A stretch of DNA of 63,493 nucleotides, filler included, from Raillietiella orientalis (lineage: Eukaryota): the NCBI GenBank assembly GCA_036172245.1. It is 3 parts of 3 records of this genome, joined end to end, with 100 filler letters (N's around TTAATTAATTAA, not from the genome) between each part and the next. Parts side by side here need not be neighbours in the genome. Positions count along the whole stretch, not along the records: positions 23,999 to 47,810 come from JAYWIR010000225.1; positions 47,911 to 63,493 come from JAYWIR010000253.1; 1 more part is not named here. One strand, written 5' to 3'. A program made the translations under genes and the position numbers. Of this stretch, positions 39,701 through 50,900 are shown one piece after another. Every line of letters begins with the position of its first letter. The stretch's first letter is position 1. The notes below the pieces were generated by a model, which had not been told where the DNA came from, ran no database searches, and was given only the letters and a program-made list of their open reading frames with translations.

Positions 39701-40959
39701 GGTCGATAGCCACCGGCATTAAATTGCCGGAGGGTTGAAAGTCGGCAGCGACGAGTGCAATTTTGTGGCTCTGTTCGACCGCAGGAATGCGCTTGATAAC
39801 GAGAGAGCAGCGTTTATTATTTTCGCGACGCGGCAAATCCTCGCTGTGTTTCGCGACATTTTTTTTTGCTTTCTTGATGCTTTTCTGCCTCTTGGATTTT
39901 AATACCTGCCATGCAGGTTCCTTTCCGTTCTCCTCGACCGTGTCCGAGTTTTCCAAGTTCTCGGAGCTGACTTTCATCTGGGGCACGATAGTGGTTTTTC
40001 GAGCGGCTGCTCTCTCTCGGGCTGCCTGAACTCTTTTTCTCTCCGCGCGCTTCTTCGCATTCCGTGCGGACGCGACGCGGACTTCATTTTGCGTGCACAA
40101 TGGAAGAGTGTGCCCGGGTTGCTTTCATTGCTTGCACTGCAAGTGGGGGCACCTTTTTTACAGGTTACCTTAAGTGCTGCAATGCCCGCAGAAATGCGGT
40201 GTACCGACATACTAGATATCAACGGGTTCGCCGTTGACCTCCAGCTTGTTAGGTAGGGAGCAACCCTCGCAGATCGTGATACGCGCGGAAGCCATTCCGC
40301 AATTCAGGAGGTCGTACTACCAAAACCGAGTCGGCCTTTTCCACAACGCGTGGACAGTTCCAATTTTAACTTTTTCCTTTCGCACAGCCTCTTCGGCCAT
40401 TCGGAATGTGATTCCGAGGAGGTGGATCACCATAGAATTATCCTCCGTGATGGGGAGGAGCCGGCGATTTCCTAAAGGAACAGGTGTACGGAGCAGACGC
40501 TGGGCAAGACTTGCTTCTTTGCAAATCACCTCAACGTACTGTCCACCACTCCTGATGGTCATCGCCAAGAGCTCCTCCTGGGGTACCTTGAGGGAGTGCA
40601 TCGCTTTAGAGAAAGCGCGTGCACTCTGAAAGGAGTAAAGGTTGCCTACCTTGTAGAGTAGACGGGGATTGTACCCCTCCTCCAAGTAGGCTTTTAACTC
40701 AGCAGCAGCCGCTTGCGTTTGCGCCGCAGCCACGGAACTCCAGCTTCTCCCTAGCGAGGCAGTCGCTTCTGTAGGGGCGGTTGCCCCCATATCCAATGAT
40801 TCAGGAGGCGACATGGACGTCGCTCCCTCCTTAACATTGGTGGTGGTCCCAGGCATTGCTACCTAGCCAGCACATCATCCTCTGGCACACCAAGAAAACA
40901 ACGAAAAAACATAAAACCATCAACGCTTAAGAGCGAAACAAAAACCCGTTTGCTCTCGC
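36736..40959 (-). mobile_element. Family 2 LINE Q, both ends present, internally deleted (4224 bp), inserted in P with a TCGA duplication
   Basis: ORF1 40856-39270, then ORF2 CWNVNG...LLQEIH...NVYSPSGG|GALAVAVDLFKAF...GIRQGDSLSP...AYEDD...CARYGERVSLAHLLLDC, 3' UTR and terminal hairpin. TCGA at 36732-36735 and 40960-40963. Confidence 0.9.
39270..40856 (-). pseudogene. Element Q ORF1 with two degenerate CCHC knuckles
   Basis: ORFs 40317-40856 and 39270-40100 are in one frame. The gap between them translates FCGHCST*GNL*KRCPHLQCKQ*KQPGHTLPLC. Confidence 0.85.
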
Positions 40960-41217
40960 TCGAGGACTGGGACGTTCTGATAAGATCGGTCCGCGAGTTC
41001 TGCTACCGGTTTCCCTTGCACCAGCTTTCGCGCGGCATTGGAGAGGGCGTAATCAACAGCAGAGTTTTTCTGCAGGTCCGCTCCTTTTCCAGGTGCGCGG
41101 ACATTCGTCGATTATCTGAGTACAAGGCCAAGGCCGAGCGCCAGGTCTGGCTGATAGGTGCGACAGTTCTGCTCGACGACGAGGACTGGGAATGCTTGGC
41201 TCCAGCCGACGTTTGCC
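40960..41217 (+). mobile_element. LINE P, segment 2: APE-RT linker
   Basis: EDWDVLIRSVREFCYRF... continues segment 1 in frame once Q and one TCGA copy are removed. Aligns with family 1 ADWDSLKHRIHQF. Confidence 0.82.
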
Positions 41218-42045
41218 ACCCGGATATGCCGGGGCATTTATTATTCTGATTTTCTACAAAAATTAAATAATAAAGTCTTTAAAAAAAAAAAAAAAAAAAG
41301 ATGTTTTCTGTGGGGAAACACTGGGTTCTCACACCTTGCTGGACGTGTCGGTTGCCGGTGCATAGACCGGTTAGGTCCATTCCCAAGGCGCATGGGAAGG
41401 GAAAACTAAAACAAAAACAAACAAAAAGAAAGATAACGGGGAGAAAAACAGTTGTATGGGGAGGAAGGGGGTTGCAGGGTAGGGATCACTGGGCGCCTGG
41501 GTCGGACCTCCGCATCCTGTTGAGGATGCAGTCAAGTTCAGTTTTTATTGTGAAAGGTAGACGCCACCTTGTCGCCGTCTCTAAAGAGATCGTCGTCCAG
41601 TGGATGGCGTCCCTGCATCTTGGGCCACTTCTTCTGGAGTGCCACCTTTGCACGATGCCGCGCACGCAGCAGAGGACTGCTCGAGACGCAGCGGGGCGCA
41701 GGCCGTCACGCAGAAAGAGGCGACGGTAAATTTCCTTAGGGTTGCCTACTGGAAGATGGAGTATTGAGGCGATTTGACTCCAGAGTCCATCCAGGGCGAC
41801 ACCCTCGAGGGTGAGATGCGGGAAGGTTTCTCTTTCTCCGCACTTGACACAGCGGACATCCACATTCCCCAGTGTCCAGTGAGACAGGCGTGCTCTGCTT
41901 AACAGTCCCCAGTGCAGAAATAGCAACGCCGTCTCCTGCCACTTCAACGGAAGTGTGCCGCAATCCCAACACGCTGGGGGCCACTTCACCTCCTCCGGAG
42001 GTATTGCGAGCAGCTCTTTCCAGCGCGCAAGTCCGTGGGACGGAA
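41217..42045 (-). mobile_element. Family 2 LINE R, 5'-truncated 3' fragment inserted in P
   Basis: GLARWKELLAIPPEEVKWPP...CVKCGERETFPHLTLEG...stop at 41486, followed by a T-rich 3' UTR and the terminal hairpin at 41219-41233. The right boundary is uncertain by ~20 bp. Confidence 0.85.
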
Positions 42046-44903
42046 AGTCAGGCGCTATTACTGTTCTCTGTATGCAGAGGCACCTACTGAACGCAGCCCC
42101 TCCCTGCTGCTTCTGCCGAATGATGCACCTGTTGTAGAGGAAAAGGAACGCGCGCGTCTCGATGAGCCCATCACGGCTGAGGAAATTTCCTCGGCCATCC
42201 CGGGGCTCAAGAGACGAAAAGCGCCAGGCGAAGATGGGCTCCCCGCGGAATTCTTCTAGTGTTTTGCGGCGGAGCTCCTCCTCCTCGTGCTCCAACTCTC
42301 GTCGCTGATGCGAGATTCGGGCGATGTCTTCGCCTCGTTTTGCTCTGCGAAGGTGCGTGAACTGCCGAAAGGCGGAGATTTGCGCCAACTGAACAACTGG
42401 CGTCCGATCACATGAGTGAATTCGGAGGTCAAGTTGTTATCGAAACTTTGGGTGGCGCGGATGGGTAGGATCGCCGAATCCTTGGTAAGTCCGGAGCAGA
42501 CGTACGCTGTTCCTGGGCGACCAATGGACGCGAATCTCTTCTTCATCCGCACATGGCTGCAATTCCAGCATCGTGTGGCGGTGGATCGTCGTGCGGAAGC
42601 GACGCCTTCGATCTTTCACCGACAGAGGCGCGGGACGCAAACGGAGACACCGGGAGCCTTGGCGGTTGCAGTCGATCTGCACAAAGCTTTCGATTGCGAG
42701 AACCAAAAGCTTCTTGAGCTTTTGGAACGTCTTGGTCTTCCGGCATCCCTGTTGGCGTACTTACGCTGCTGATGGCGCCACGCAATTACATCCATTGTTT
42801 TCAAAAGCTGTCGCGTATACGGCGTGCCGGTACGACGAGCAATTAGGCAGGGTGATAGCTTAAGCCCGCTGCTCTTCAGCATCTATTTTGAATTGGTGCT
42901 GGAGGCTTACAGGCTGACGCTAGCCAACCTGCCGAGCTCCTGTCCAGGTACGCCCGCCGTGGCAGCCTATGCCGACGACCTGCTTCTCCTGTTGCCCATG
43001 TCCACCCCGACAGCGTCGCTTGAAGATTTCTTTGAGTTGATCCGTCGTGGTGCGGGCGTGAGCGTTAACAGGAGTAAGTGTATTGTTGTTCCGGTGGGTG
43101 CGACGTAGGAGGTGCAGTCCGACTGGATCGGCCTGAGGATCCCCACGGGCATGTACCTCAGGTACCTTGGCGTGCCGTGGGGCGACTTCTCCATCTCAGA
43201 ATTGTGGTCCGACTGCCTTCGGAAAGGCAGAGCGTGCACTTGGCCCGTTTTGAGGAGGCGAGTTCGTCTTGCCGGAACGGGCCTGCATCTGGAACACCTT
43301 CGTTGCCTCCCTCCTCCGCCCCCTGTTTTTTTGTTTGTCCACCCCCCAGGAAGTCAAAGTCTAGGCGCAGCTCCTTCTACGCAAAGCGTTGTTGGGCGCT
43401 GCAAGTTCCGGCGTAAGACTTAAAGACTTGGTGGCGCCGCTTCAGGATGCAGGCTTGGGCATCCTCGACTTAAACAGCATCGAACTGCAGGTGCAGTTTC
43501 GCATGCTGCGGCTCTGTGCCAAGCTGTGGTGTACGCCGTGGTGCTTACCCGCACGCCTTATACTGAGGTGCTGCACGGGAAGCGAGGCACTGATTTCGTT
43601 GCTTCCCCACTTTCGGCACACCAGAATAGGGTTTGGCCTCCCGCTGAGGCAGCTGTCCTCACTGCTGGAAGCCCAAAGCTGGATCTCCTGCCGCGATATG
43701 AACATTAATGCATGGCGGCAGGAATCTTTTTCATCGTGGGCAGCTTCCGAAGGAACGCGCTTGGAAGATCATCTACGCCTGCGACTTCTCCTCAGTCATC
43801 AAATGGACGAAGTCATGCAGGACAAAAAGTTGTTCGATCGTCTGGCCGATACACCACTTGCCGCAGCGCTGTCTGCCCTCAGGGCAAGCAACGACGGTTG
43901 CGTACCTGCGAAATGGGAGTTCTCCTGCAAAATAGCAGGAGTCAGTAAGCTCCTCGGCAGATAGACAACAAAGGAGCTGGTGCAAGCCGCAACTCCTCGG
44001 AATCGGGCGAAGGGCCTGCTTCGGTGGAGCAAACATTTAAGTGTGCCTCCCGAAGAGGTAGTTATTCCTTCCGTTTGTTTGGACAGCTCCGTGTTCCCCC
44101 TAAAGAGGAAGGAAGATGTGCTGTTCTTTTCACATTGTGCATTACACTGTAATAGGCAGCGATGCATCGTTTCCGGGGGTGCTGCTTTGCCAAACTGTTT
44201 AAGGTGCGGAGAGTTCCAGCCTTTTCCGCACCTTTTGCTGGACTGCGGTGATCTCCGGGAACTGTAGCGAAGGCCCACTTCGATCATCATGCCACAAGGA
44301 GGCACTGCCATTGATGTGCGGCGGCGCTTCTTCAGCAAAAATGGACTTTCGGTTGGCGCGATCGTCGCAACCATGTGTTCCGTTCGCGCCATCGTGAAGG
44401 CCCGATACGCCCTGGAGTTGTCAGCGCAGCGAAGGGTTGCTCACCTGCTTGCAGCTCAATTCATGGAGATGGCTTCAAGGTGGTCTCATCTTCGTGACAA
44501 GGTGAATGAGGACATCACCGGCATACATCGCCGGTTTACACACCTTTGAGAACGGCGTAATCCGGTGACCCCTGCGACCTCTCGCCCACCCATACCCCGT
44601 CCCCGTTCGCTCGGTAAAATTTCCGGTGCCTATGCTTTTATCCCCGTGTCCTACAGAGCGCTCCCGAAGACCCTTATCACGTTTTCCTTATTCATTGTTT
44701 TTATTTTATTTTAGTTTCTTTGTGTTCCCCGCCCCCTCACACCGTTCGCAAAACTGTTACTCTGGCCTGGGTGCCAGCAGTATTCTCTTCATTCTTGTTC
44801 AGTCGTCGGTTGGGAGTTTGGTTGCCAACTGGTTTATTTTGTATAATTGTTTTTTTTGGTTATGTTATATGGAATGAACGCCCCGCCGTGACCGGGTGAG
44901 AAA
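42042..44903 (+). mobile_element. LINE P, segment 3: RT domain, C-terminal CCHC and 3' UTR (disrupted)
   Basis: YYCSLY...EPITAEEISSAI...KAPGEDGLPAEFF...NWRPIT...QTYAVPGR...VDLHKAFD...AIRQGDSLSPLLF...AYADDLL...YLGVP...CLRCGEFQPFPHLLLDC, stop at 44549. 3' terminus AATGAACGCCCCGCCGTGACCGGGTGAGAAA. Confidence 0.92.
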
Positions 44904-45575
44904 TCTCCTGCACCTGTTCCGGAGAGATCATATGGATCTCCTGCAGCAGCGCAAGGTCGAACGATCCTAGAATGGCGGCCATGTCTCGTCTCCTGCCGGC
45001 GTCTGTCATGCCGTTCACGTTCCAAACGGCGATGCGCAGACGACGGCGGAAGGAGATTCCCGGCATTACTGCCGGGAAGGTGACGGTGTAGGGGAACATG
45101 CCTCTTCCGAGATGGGTGAGATGACCATTAGGGTTTCCGCCTCCTCAGGCACCTTGGGTACCTTCCGGGCTTCAACCCACTCCATTTACTCCGTGTCTGT
45201 GCGTGGTGGTCTCTCGGGTAACGACTCCCGGTATTCTCCCGCGCTCATGGCACCCTCGCAGTCGGAAGTCATCTCCACGCCTCCGGTCTGGAGAGGGGCT
45301 TTTCAGGGTTTGCTGGAGCTCCTTCCAGCCTTCCGTCGGGTTACCGCGGAGATGGAAACTTGGTTTCCGTCCTGCGCTTCAAAGTCGGAAGTTACCGGCT
45401 CCTCGGTGGAGGCCGGACGCCTATCTGCTTTGTTGTTAGCCTTGGAGGGGTGTTGCTGCAACGATGCAGCCAGCTCCTCCGCCGCACGCTCCAAGGCGGC
45501 GTCATCGTTCACGGACTCGATGACGGACGCTTCCGCCGGTTGGCTCCCCACGCTGTTGACATTTTCAACAGTGGG
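44902..45575 (-). mobile_element. Family 2 LINE S, part: ORF1 C-terminus and start of ORF2 APE, cut by the 3' end of P
   Basis: MPGISFRRRLRIAVWNVNGMTDAGRRRDMAAILGSFDLALLQEIH (ATG 45066). EASVIESVNDDAALERAAEELAASLQ matches Q ORF1 VASVVERMLDDVAFERAWDVLAASMQ. Confidence 0.83.
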
Positions 45576-46414
45576 TTTTTCACCCGGGTAAGCCGGAGCT
45601 TTTATCACTAAGATTTTGAGATGACAAAATTCTGTAATAAGGTCTTTGTTGTTAAAAATTTTTCTTTTTCGGACGTCAGACGTTCATAGAAATTCAGTAG
45701 CACTTGTCCTTACCGACCCTGATGCCGAAAAGGTCCTTCACTGGCACCGAAAATGGAAAAATAAAAAGAAAACAAAACAACAAAAATTCAATCGTCTGGA
45801 GGGCAATGTTTTTATGGAGAAGGAGCTAGGGAGGGGATCACGGTGCGCCGTGAGCAGGCCTTTTCATCCGATTTCGGATGCCAACAAGTGCCGGCCAATG
45901 TTTGCGAAGTCGGCGCCAACGGCACGCATTTTCCAAGGAGATCGCTGCCCAGTGGACGGCATTCCGGCTGGTCCTTCCTCTCCTAGACGCGGTCCACTTC
46001 TACAGGATACCGCGTATGCAGCAGAGCACTGCTACGCTCCCGGAGGCTGGCAAGACGTCTCGCGTCAGGAGGCGTCGGAATATGTTCTTCGGGTCACCCT
46101 TCGGAATGTTGAGGATCGACGAGAGTCTGTCCCACATTTCGCGGAGGGCAACACACTCCAGAATCAAGTGACGGAAGGTCTCTCGTTCCCCGCACTCTGC
46201 ACAACTAGCATCCACATTCCCCGATGTATAGCGAGACAGGCGTGCTCTGCTTAAAAGTCCCCAGTGGAGCAGATGCAACGCCGTCTTCTGCCACTATAGT
46301 AGAAGTGTGCCATTGTACCATGATGCCGGGGGCCACTTTACCTCCTCCGAAGGTATACCGAGCAGCGCGCCCCAGCGTAAAAGTCCGTTAGGCGGGATAC
46401 TCGGGGTACTAGCG
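45576..46414 (-). mobile_element. Family 2 LINE T, 5'-truncated 3' fragment
   Basis: GLLRWGALLGIPSEEVKWPP...CAECGERETFRHLILEC. Close homolog of R, with 3' UTR and terminal hairpin at 45583-45597. Confidence 0.85.
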
Positions 46415-46416
46415 TC

Positions 46417-47151
46417 CGCTAGTACCCCGAGAGGTATAGTCCTCGAAAGGACTAGGCTTGGTCCATACTGCATGGACCGTGCCTTCTTTTCCCAACGCGG
46501 CGCGTAACTGTTCTTTCCGCATCCGCGCGGTAACACCTAAAAGGTGGACCAGCATACTGTGGTCTGCCGTAATGGGAAGGAGCCTGCGTGTCCTCATCAC
46601 CACGGGGGTTTTGAGCAGACCTTGGTCCAGATCTGCGTGCTTGCAGATCACCTCTACGTACTGCCCACCGCTACGAATGGTCATAGCGCAGAGCTCCTCC
46701 TCTTTATTATCGAGAGCGCGCATCCCCTTCGAAAAGGCGCGCGCACTCTCAAAAGAATACAAATTTCCTACCTTGTAGAATAGTGATGGGTGATACCGCT
46801 CTTCTACATAGGCAGATAATTCCGCCGTGGCTGCAGGCAATGGCGCCGACACGACGGCGCTCTACGCTCGTGCTGCAGCGGGGAGCGTTTTTTGGGGGGC
46901 GGACGCCCCCACCTCCTTCGCCACTGAAAGCGACGTTGCCGTCGCCCCCTGGTACTCCAACTTTTCTGGAGGCGACGTTTCCGCTGCCACTTGGCACTCC
47001 ATTTTTGCAGGAGGCGACGTTGCCACCGCCCCCTGACACCCACTGGTGGTCGTGTCAGGCATTGCTGCATGATCGACCACCACCACACGAAGCCTACACC
47101 TAGGGACGGTTCCCGGCACGAGGAGCACCGAGGAAACACGTCCGCTCTAGC
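46417..47151 (-). mobile_element. Family 2 LINE 5' end and ORF1 N-terminal half (probably the 5' part of S)
   Basis: YKVGNLYSFESARAFSK...AMTIRSGGQYVEVICK nearly matches Q ORF1. The 5' terminus GCTAGAGCGGACGTGTTT resembles the Q 5' terminus GCGAGAGCAAACGGGTTT (14/18). Confidence 0.82.
46930..47035 (-). repeat. 42-bp (14-codon) tandem repeat, ~2.5 copies, in the ORF1 N-terminal region
   Basis: GCGACGTT starts at 46930, 46972 and 47014. Translates GNVASCKNGVPSGS / GNVASRKVGVPGGD / GNVAFSG. Confidence 0.85.
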
Positions 47152-47168
47152 CGACGTCAACCTTTCGA

Positions 47169-47810
47169 TTTTCACCCGCATTTTTCCGGGTCGTTTATTA
47201 AAAAAATAAACTTTGTAAACAAATGATTAATGGCTGTAGCAATGCTCCAGCCAGTAGCTAAGAACCACACCGCCTGCCAATTCACCGGTTTCTAGACCGG
47301 TACGGTCCACCAAGGCAGCAGGGGAAAGGGGGAAAACAAAAAAAAAAAAAAAACGGTGGGAGAGAACGGGAAGGGATCACTGTTGCTGCTGGGGCCGCAT
47401 CATCCCTCTCAGGATGCTAAAAAGCTCTTGTTTGTTGTGAACATCCAAATGGGGCCATCGCGACGCCCTCCTCAATAATTCGGAGGCGCACTTGATGGCT
47501 TCCTGATCGCTAGGTCCTCCCGTCGCCGTGCTCCAGGCGGCGACGATCCCACGAAGGCAACAGAAGTCTGCTACCGAGGACGCTGGCCGCAGGGCGTCGG
47601 CAACGAAGAAGGCTTTTAGTGCGTCCCTGGGGTTACTGCAAGGGATACCGATGGCCGCGGCAAAGCGAAACCAAAAGGGCCGAAGGGCAACACAATCCAC
47701 TAGGAGGTGCGGAAGGGAATCCCGTTCCCCGCACCTTACACAATTGGGATCCACCGCTCCCCAGGTCCAGTGGTGTCGACGGGCGTTGCAGGGGAGTCCC
47801 CAGTGCTGTA
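47169..47810 (-). mobile_element. Family 2 LINE U, 3' end (runs off the contig)
   Basis: CVRCGERDSLPHLLVDC, stop at 47377. 3' UTR homologous to that of Q, with terminal hairpin at 47174-47191. Confidence 0.87.
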
Positions 47811-47910
47811 NNNNNNNNNNNNNNNNNNNNNNNNNNNNNNNNNNNNNNNNNNNNTTAATTAATTAANNNNNNNNNNNNNNNNNNNNNNNNNNNNNNNNNN
47901 NNNNNNNNNN
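47811..47910. other. Artificial contig-joining spacer N44-TTAATTAATTAA-N44
   Basis: Identical in structure to 23899-23998. Confidence 0.97.
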
Positions 47911-50900
47911 GTGCCGGAATCCCTTGCTCCAAGGGTAGAAAACATAGGACAACCGAACAAATTTCAAGATGGCAGGATTGGTGTTAGTCTGGTTTTCATG
48001 GCAACCATTTTTGCAATGGAGAAATGTAGTTTTTTACCCTCCATCTTCCTATTTTCAGTGCAAATTTGCAGTGTCTGCTGATATCTAATCAATTTCTATA
48101 ATGTCGATTACATCTTTAAGCTCCTTCCGAGCATCCGAACGGATTCCTTTCCCCATGCATGCAAAGGCACCTTTATCACATCCCCGCTTCCTCGGAATTC
48201 CTTGCTCCAAGGGAAGAAATCATAGGAGAACCGAACTAATTTCAAGATGGCAGGATTGGTGTTAGTCCGCTTTTCATGGCAACCATTTTTGCAATGGACA
48301 GATGAAGTTTTTACCCTCCATCTTCCTTTTTTGAGTGCAAATTTGCAGTGTCTGCTGATATCTAATCAATTTCTTTAATTTCTATTACATCTTTAAGCTC
48401 CTTCCGAGCATCCGAACGGAATCCTTTCCCCGTGGATGCAACGGCACCGTTATCACATCCCCGCTTCCTCGGAATCCCTTGCTCCACGAGAAGAAATCAT
48501 AGGAGAACCGAACTAATTTCAAGAGTGCAGGATTGGTGTTACTCTGGTATTCATGGCAACCTTTTTTGCAATGGACAGATGAAGTTTTCTTCCCTCCATC
48601 TTCGTTTTTTCAGTGCAAATTTGCAGTGTCTGGTGATTTCAAGACAATTTCTATATTGTCTATTACATCGTTCGGCTCCTTTCGAGCATCCGAACGGATT
48701 CCTTTCCCCGTGGATGCAAAGGCACCTTTATCACATCCCCACTTCCTCCGAAACTTTAGCTCCACGAGAAGAAATCGAAGGAGAACCGAACTAATTTCAA
48801 GATGGAAGGATTGGTGGTAGTCCGGTTTTAATGGCAACCATTTTTGCAATGGACAGATGAAGTATTTTTCCCTCCATCTTCCGGATTTCAGTGCAAATTT
48901 GCAGTGTCTGGTGATTTCAAGACAATTTCTATAATGTCTATTACATCGTTCGGCTCCTTCCGAGCATCCGAACGGATTCCTTTCCCCGTGGATGCAACGG
49001 CACCTTTATCACATTCCCGTTTCCTCGGAATCCCTTGCTTCAAGGGAAGAAATCATAGGAGAACCGAACTAATTTCAAGATGGTAGGATTGGTGTTAGTC
49101 CGGTTTTCATGGCAACCATTTTTGCAATGGACAGATGAAGTTTTTACCCACCATCTTCCTTTTTTCAGTGCAAATTTGCAGTGTCTGCTGATATCTAATC
49201 AATTTCTATAATGTCTATTACATCTTTCAGCTCCTTATGAGCATCCCAACGGATTTTTTTCCCCATGGATGCAAAGGCACCTTTATCACATCCCCACTTC
49301 CTCCGAATTTCTTGCTCCGCGAGAAGAAATCATAGGAATACCGAACTAATTTCAAGATGGCAGGATTGGTGTTAGTCCGGTTTTCATTGCAACCATTTTT
49401 GCAATGGACAGATGGAGTTTTTTTCCCTCCATCTTCCTGATTTCAGTGCAAATTTGCAGTGTCTGGTGATTTCAAGACAATTTCTATAATGTCTATTACA
49501 TTGTTCGGCTCCTTTCGAGTATCCGAACGGATTCCTTTCCCCGTGGATGCAAAGGCACCTTTATCACATCCCCACTTCCTCCGAATTTCTTGCTCCGCGA
49601 GAAGAAATCATAGGAGAACCGAACTAATTGCAAGATGGCAGGAGTGGTGTGAGTCCGGTTTTCATGGCAACCATTTTTGCAATGGACAGAGGAAGTTTTT
49701 TTCTCACCATCTTCCTTTTTTCAGTGCAATTTTGCAGTGTTTGCTGATGTCTAATCAATTTCTTTAATGTCTATTACATCTTCAAGCTTCTTCCGAGCAT
49801 CCGAAGGGATTCCTTTCCCTATGGATGCAAAGGCACGTTTATAACATCTCCACTTCCTCGGAATCCCTTGCTCCAAGGGAAGAAATCATAGGAGAACCGA
49901 ACTAATTTCAAGATGGCAGGATTAATGTTAGTACGGTTTTCATGGCAACCATTTTTGCAATGGACAGATGAAGTTTTTACCCTCCATCTTCCTTTTTTGA
50001 GTGCAAATTTGCAGTATCTGCTGATATCTAATCAATTTCTATAATGTCTATTACATCTTTAAGCACCTTCCGAGCATCCTAAAGGATTCCTTTCCCCATG
50101 GATGCAAAGGCACCTTTATCACATCAACACTTCCTCCGAATTTCTTGCTCCGCGAGAAGAAATCATAGGATAACAGAACTAATTTCAAGAGTGCAGGATT
50201 GGTGTTAGTCTGGTTTTCATGGCAACCTTTTTTGCAATGGACAGATGAAGTTTTTTACCCTCCATCTTCCTTTTTCAGTGCAAATTTGCAGTGTCTGCTG
50301 ATATCTAATCAATTTCTTTAATTTCTATTACATCTTTAAGCTCCTTCCGAGCATCCGAACGGATTCCTTTCCCCGTGGATGCAACGGCACCTTTATCACA
50401 TCCCCGCTTCCTCGGAATCCCTTGCTCCACGAGAAGAAATCATAGGAGAACCGAACTAATTTCAAGAGTGCAGGATTGGTGTTAGTCTGGTTTTCATGGC
50501 AACCATTTGTGCAATGGAGAGATGAAGTTTTCTTCCCTCCATCTTCGTTTTTTCAGTGCAAATTTGCAGTGTCTGGTGATTTCAAGACAATTTCTATAAT
50601 GTCTATTACATCGTTCGGCTCCTTTCGAGCATCCGAACGGATTCTTTTCCCCGTGGATGCAAAGGCACCTTTATCACATCCCCACTTCCTCGGAACCCTT
50701 GCTCCACGAGAAGAAATCATAGGAGAACCGAACTAATTTCAAGAGTTCAGGATTGGTGTTAGTCTGGTTTTCATGGCAACCTTTTTTGCAATGGACAGAT
50801 AAAGTTTTCTTCCCTCCATCTTCCTTTTTTCAGTGCAAATTTGCAGTGTCTGCTGATATCTAATCAATTTTTTTAATGTCTATTACATCTTTAAGCTCCT

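Noticed and set aside
41281..41299. A-tracts (also ~47338-47353) as poly(A) tails
   Set aside because: They are T-tracts inside 3' UTRs of minus-strand elements, upstream of the true termini.
41486..42388. 300-aa minus-strand ORF
   Set aside because: Chimeric: the C-terminal part is R ORF2 and the N-terminal part is antisense of P's RT region.
23999..47810. Known Tx1 targets (U2 snRNA, tRNA, 5S rRNA, microsatellites) or telomeric repeats at element junctions
   Set aside because: None recognised. Visible junctions abut other LINE sequence, apart from 17 unassigned bp at 47152-47168 and the 16 bp at the contig start.
23899..47910. LINE island flanked by two satellites as a centromere architecture; TTAATTAATTAA as a biological motif
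   Set aside because: Both joins are identical synthetic spacers, so order and adjacency are unsupported.
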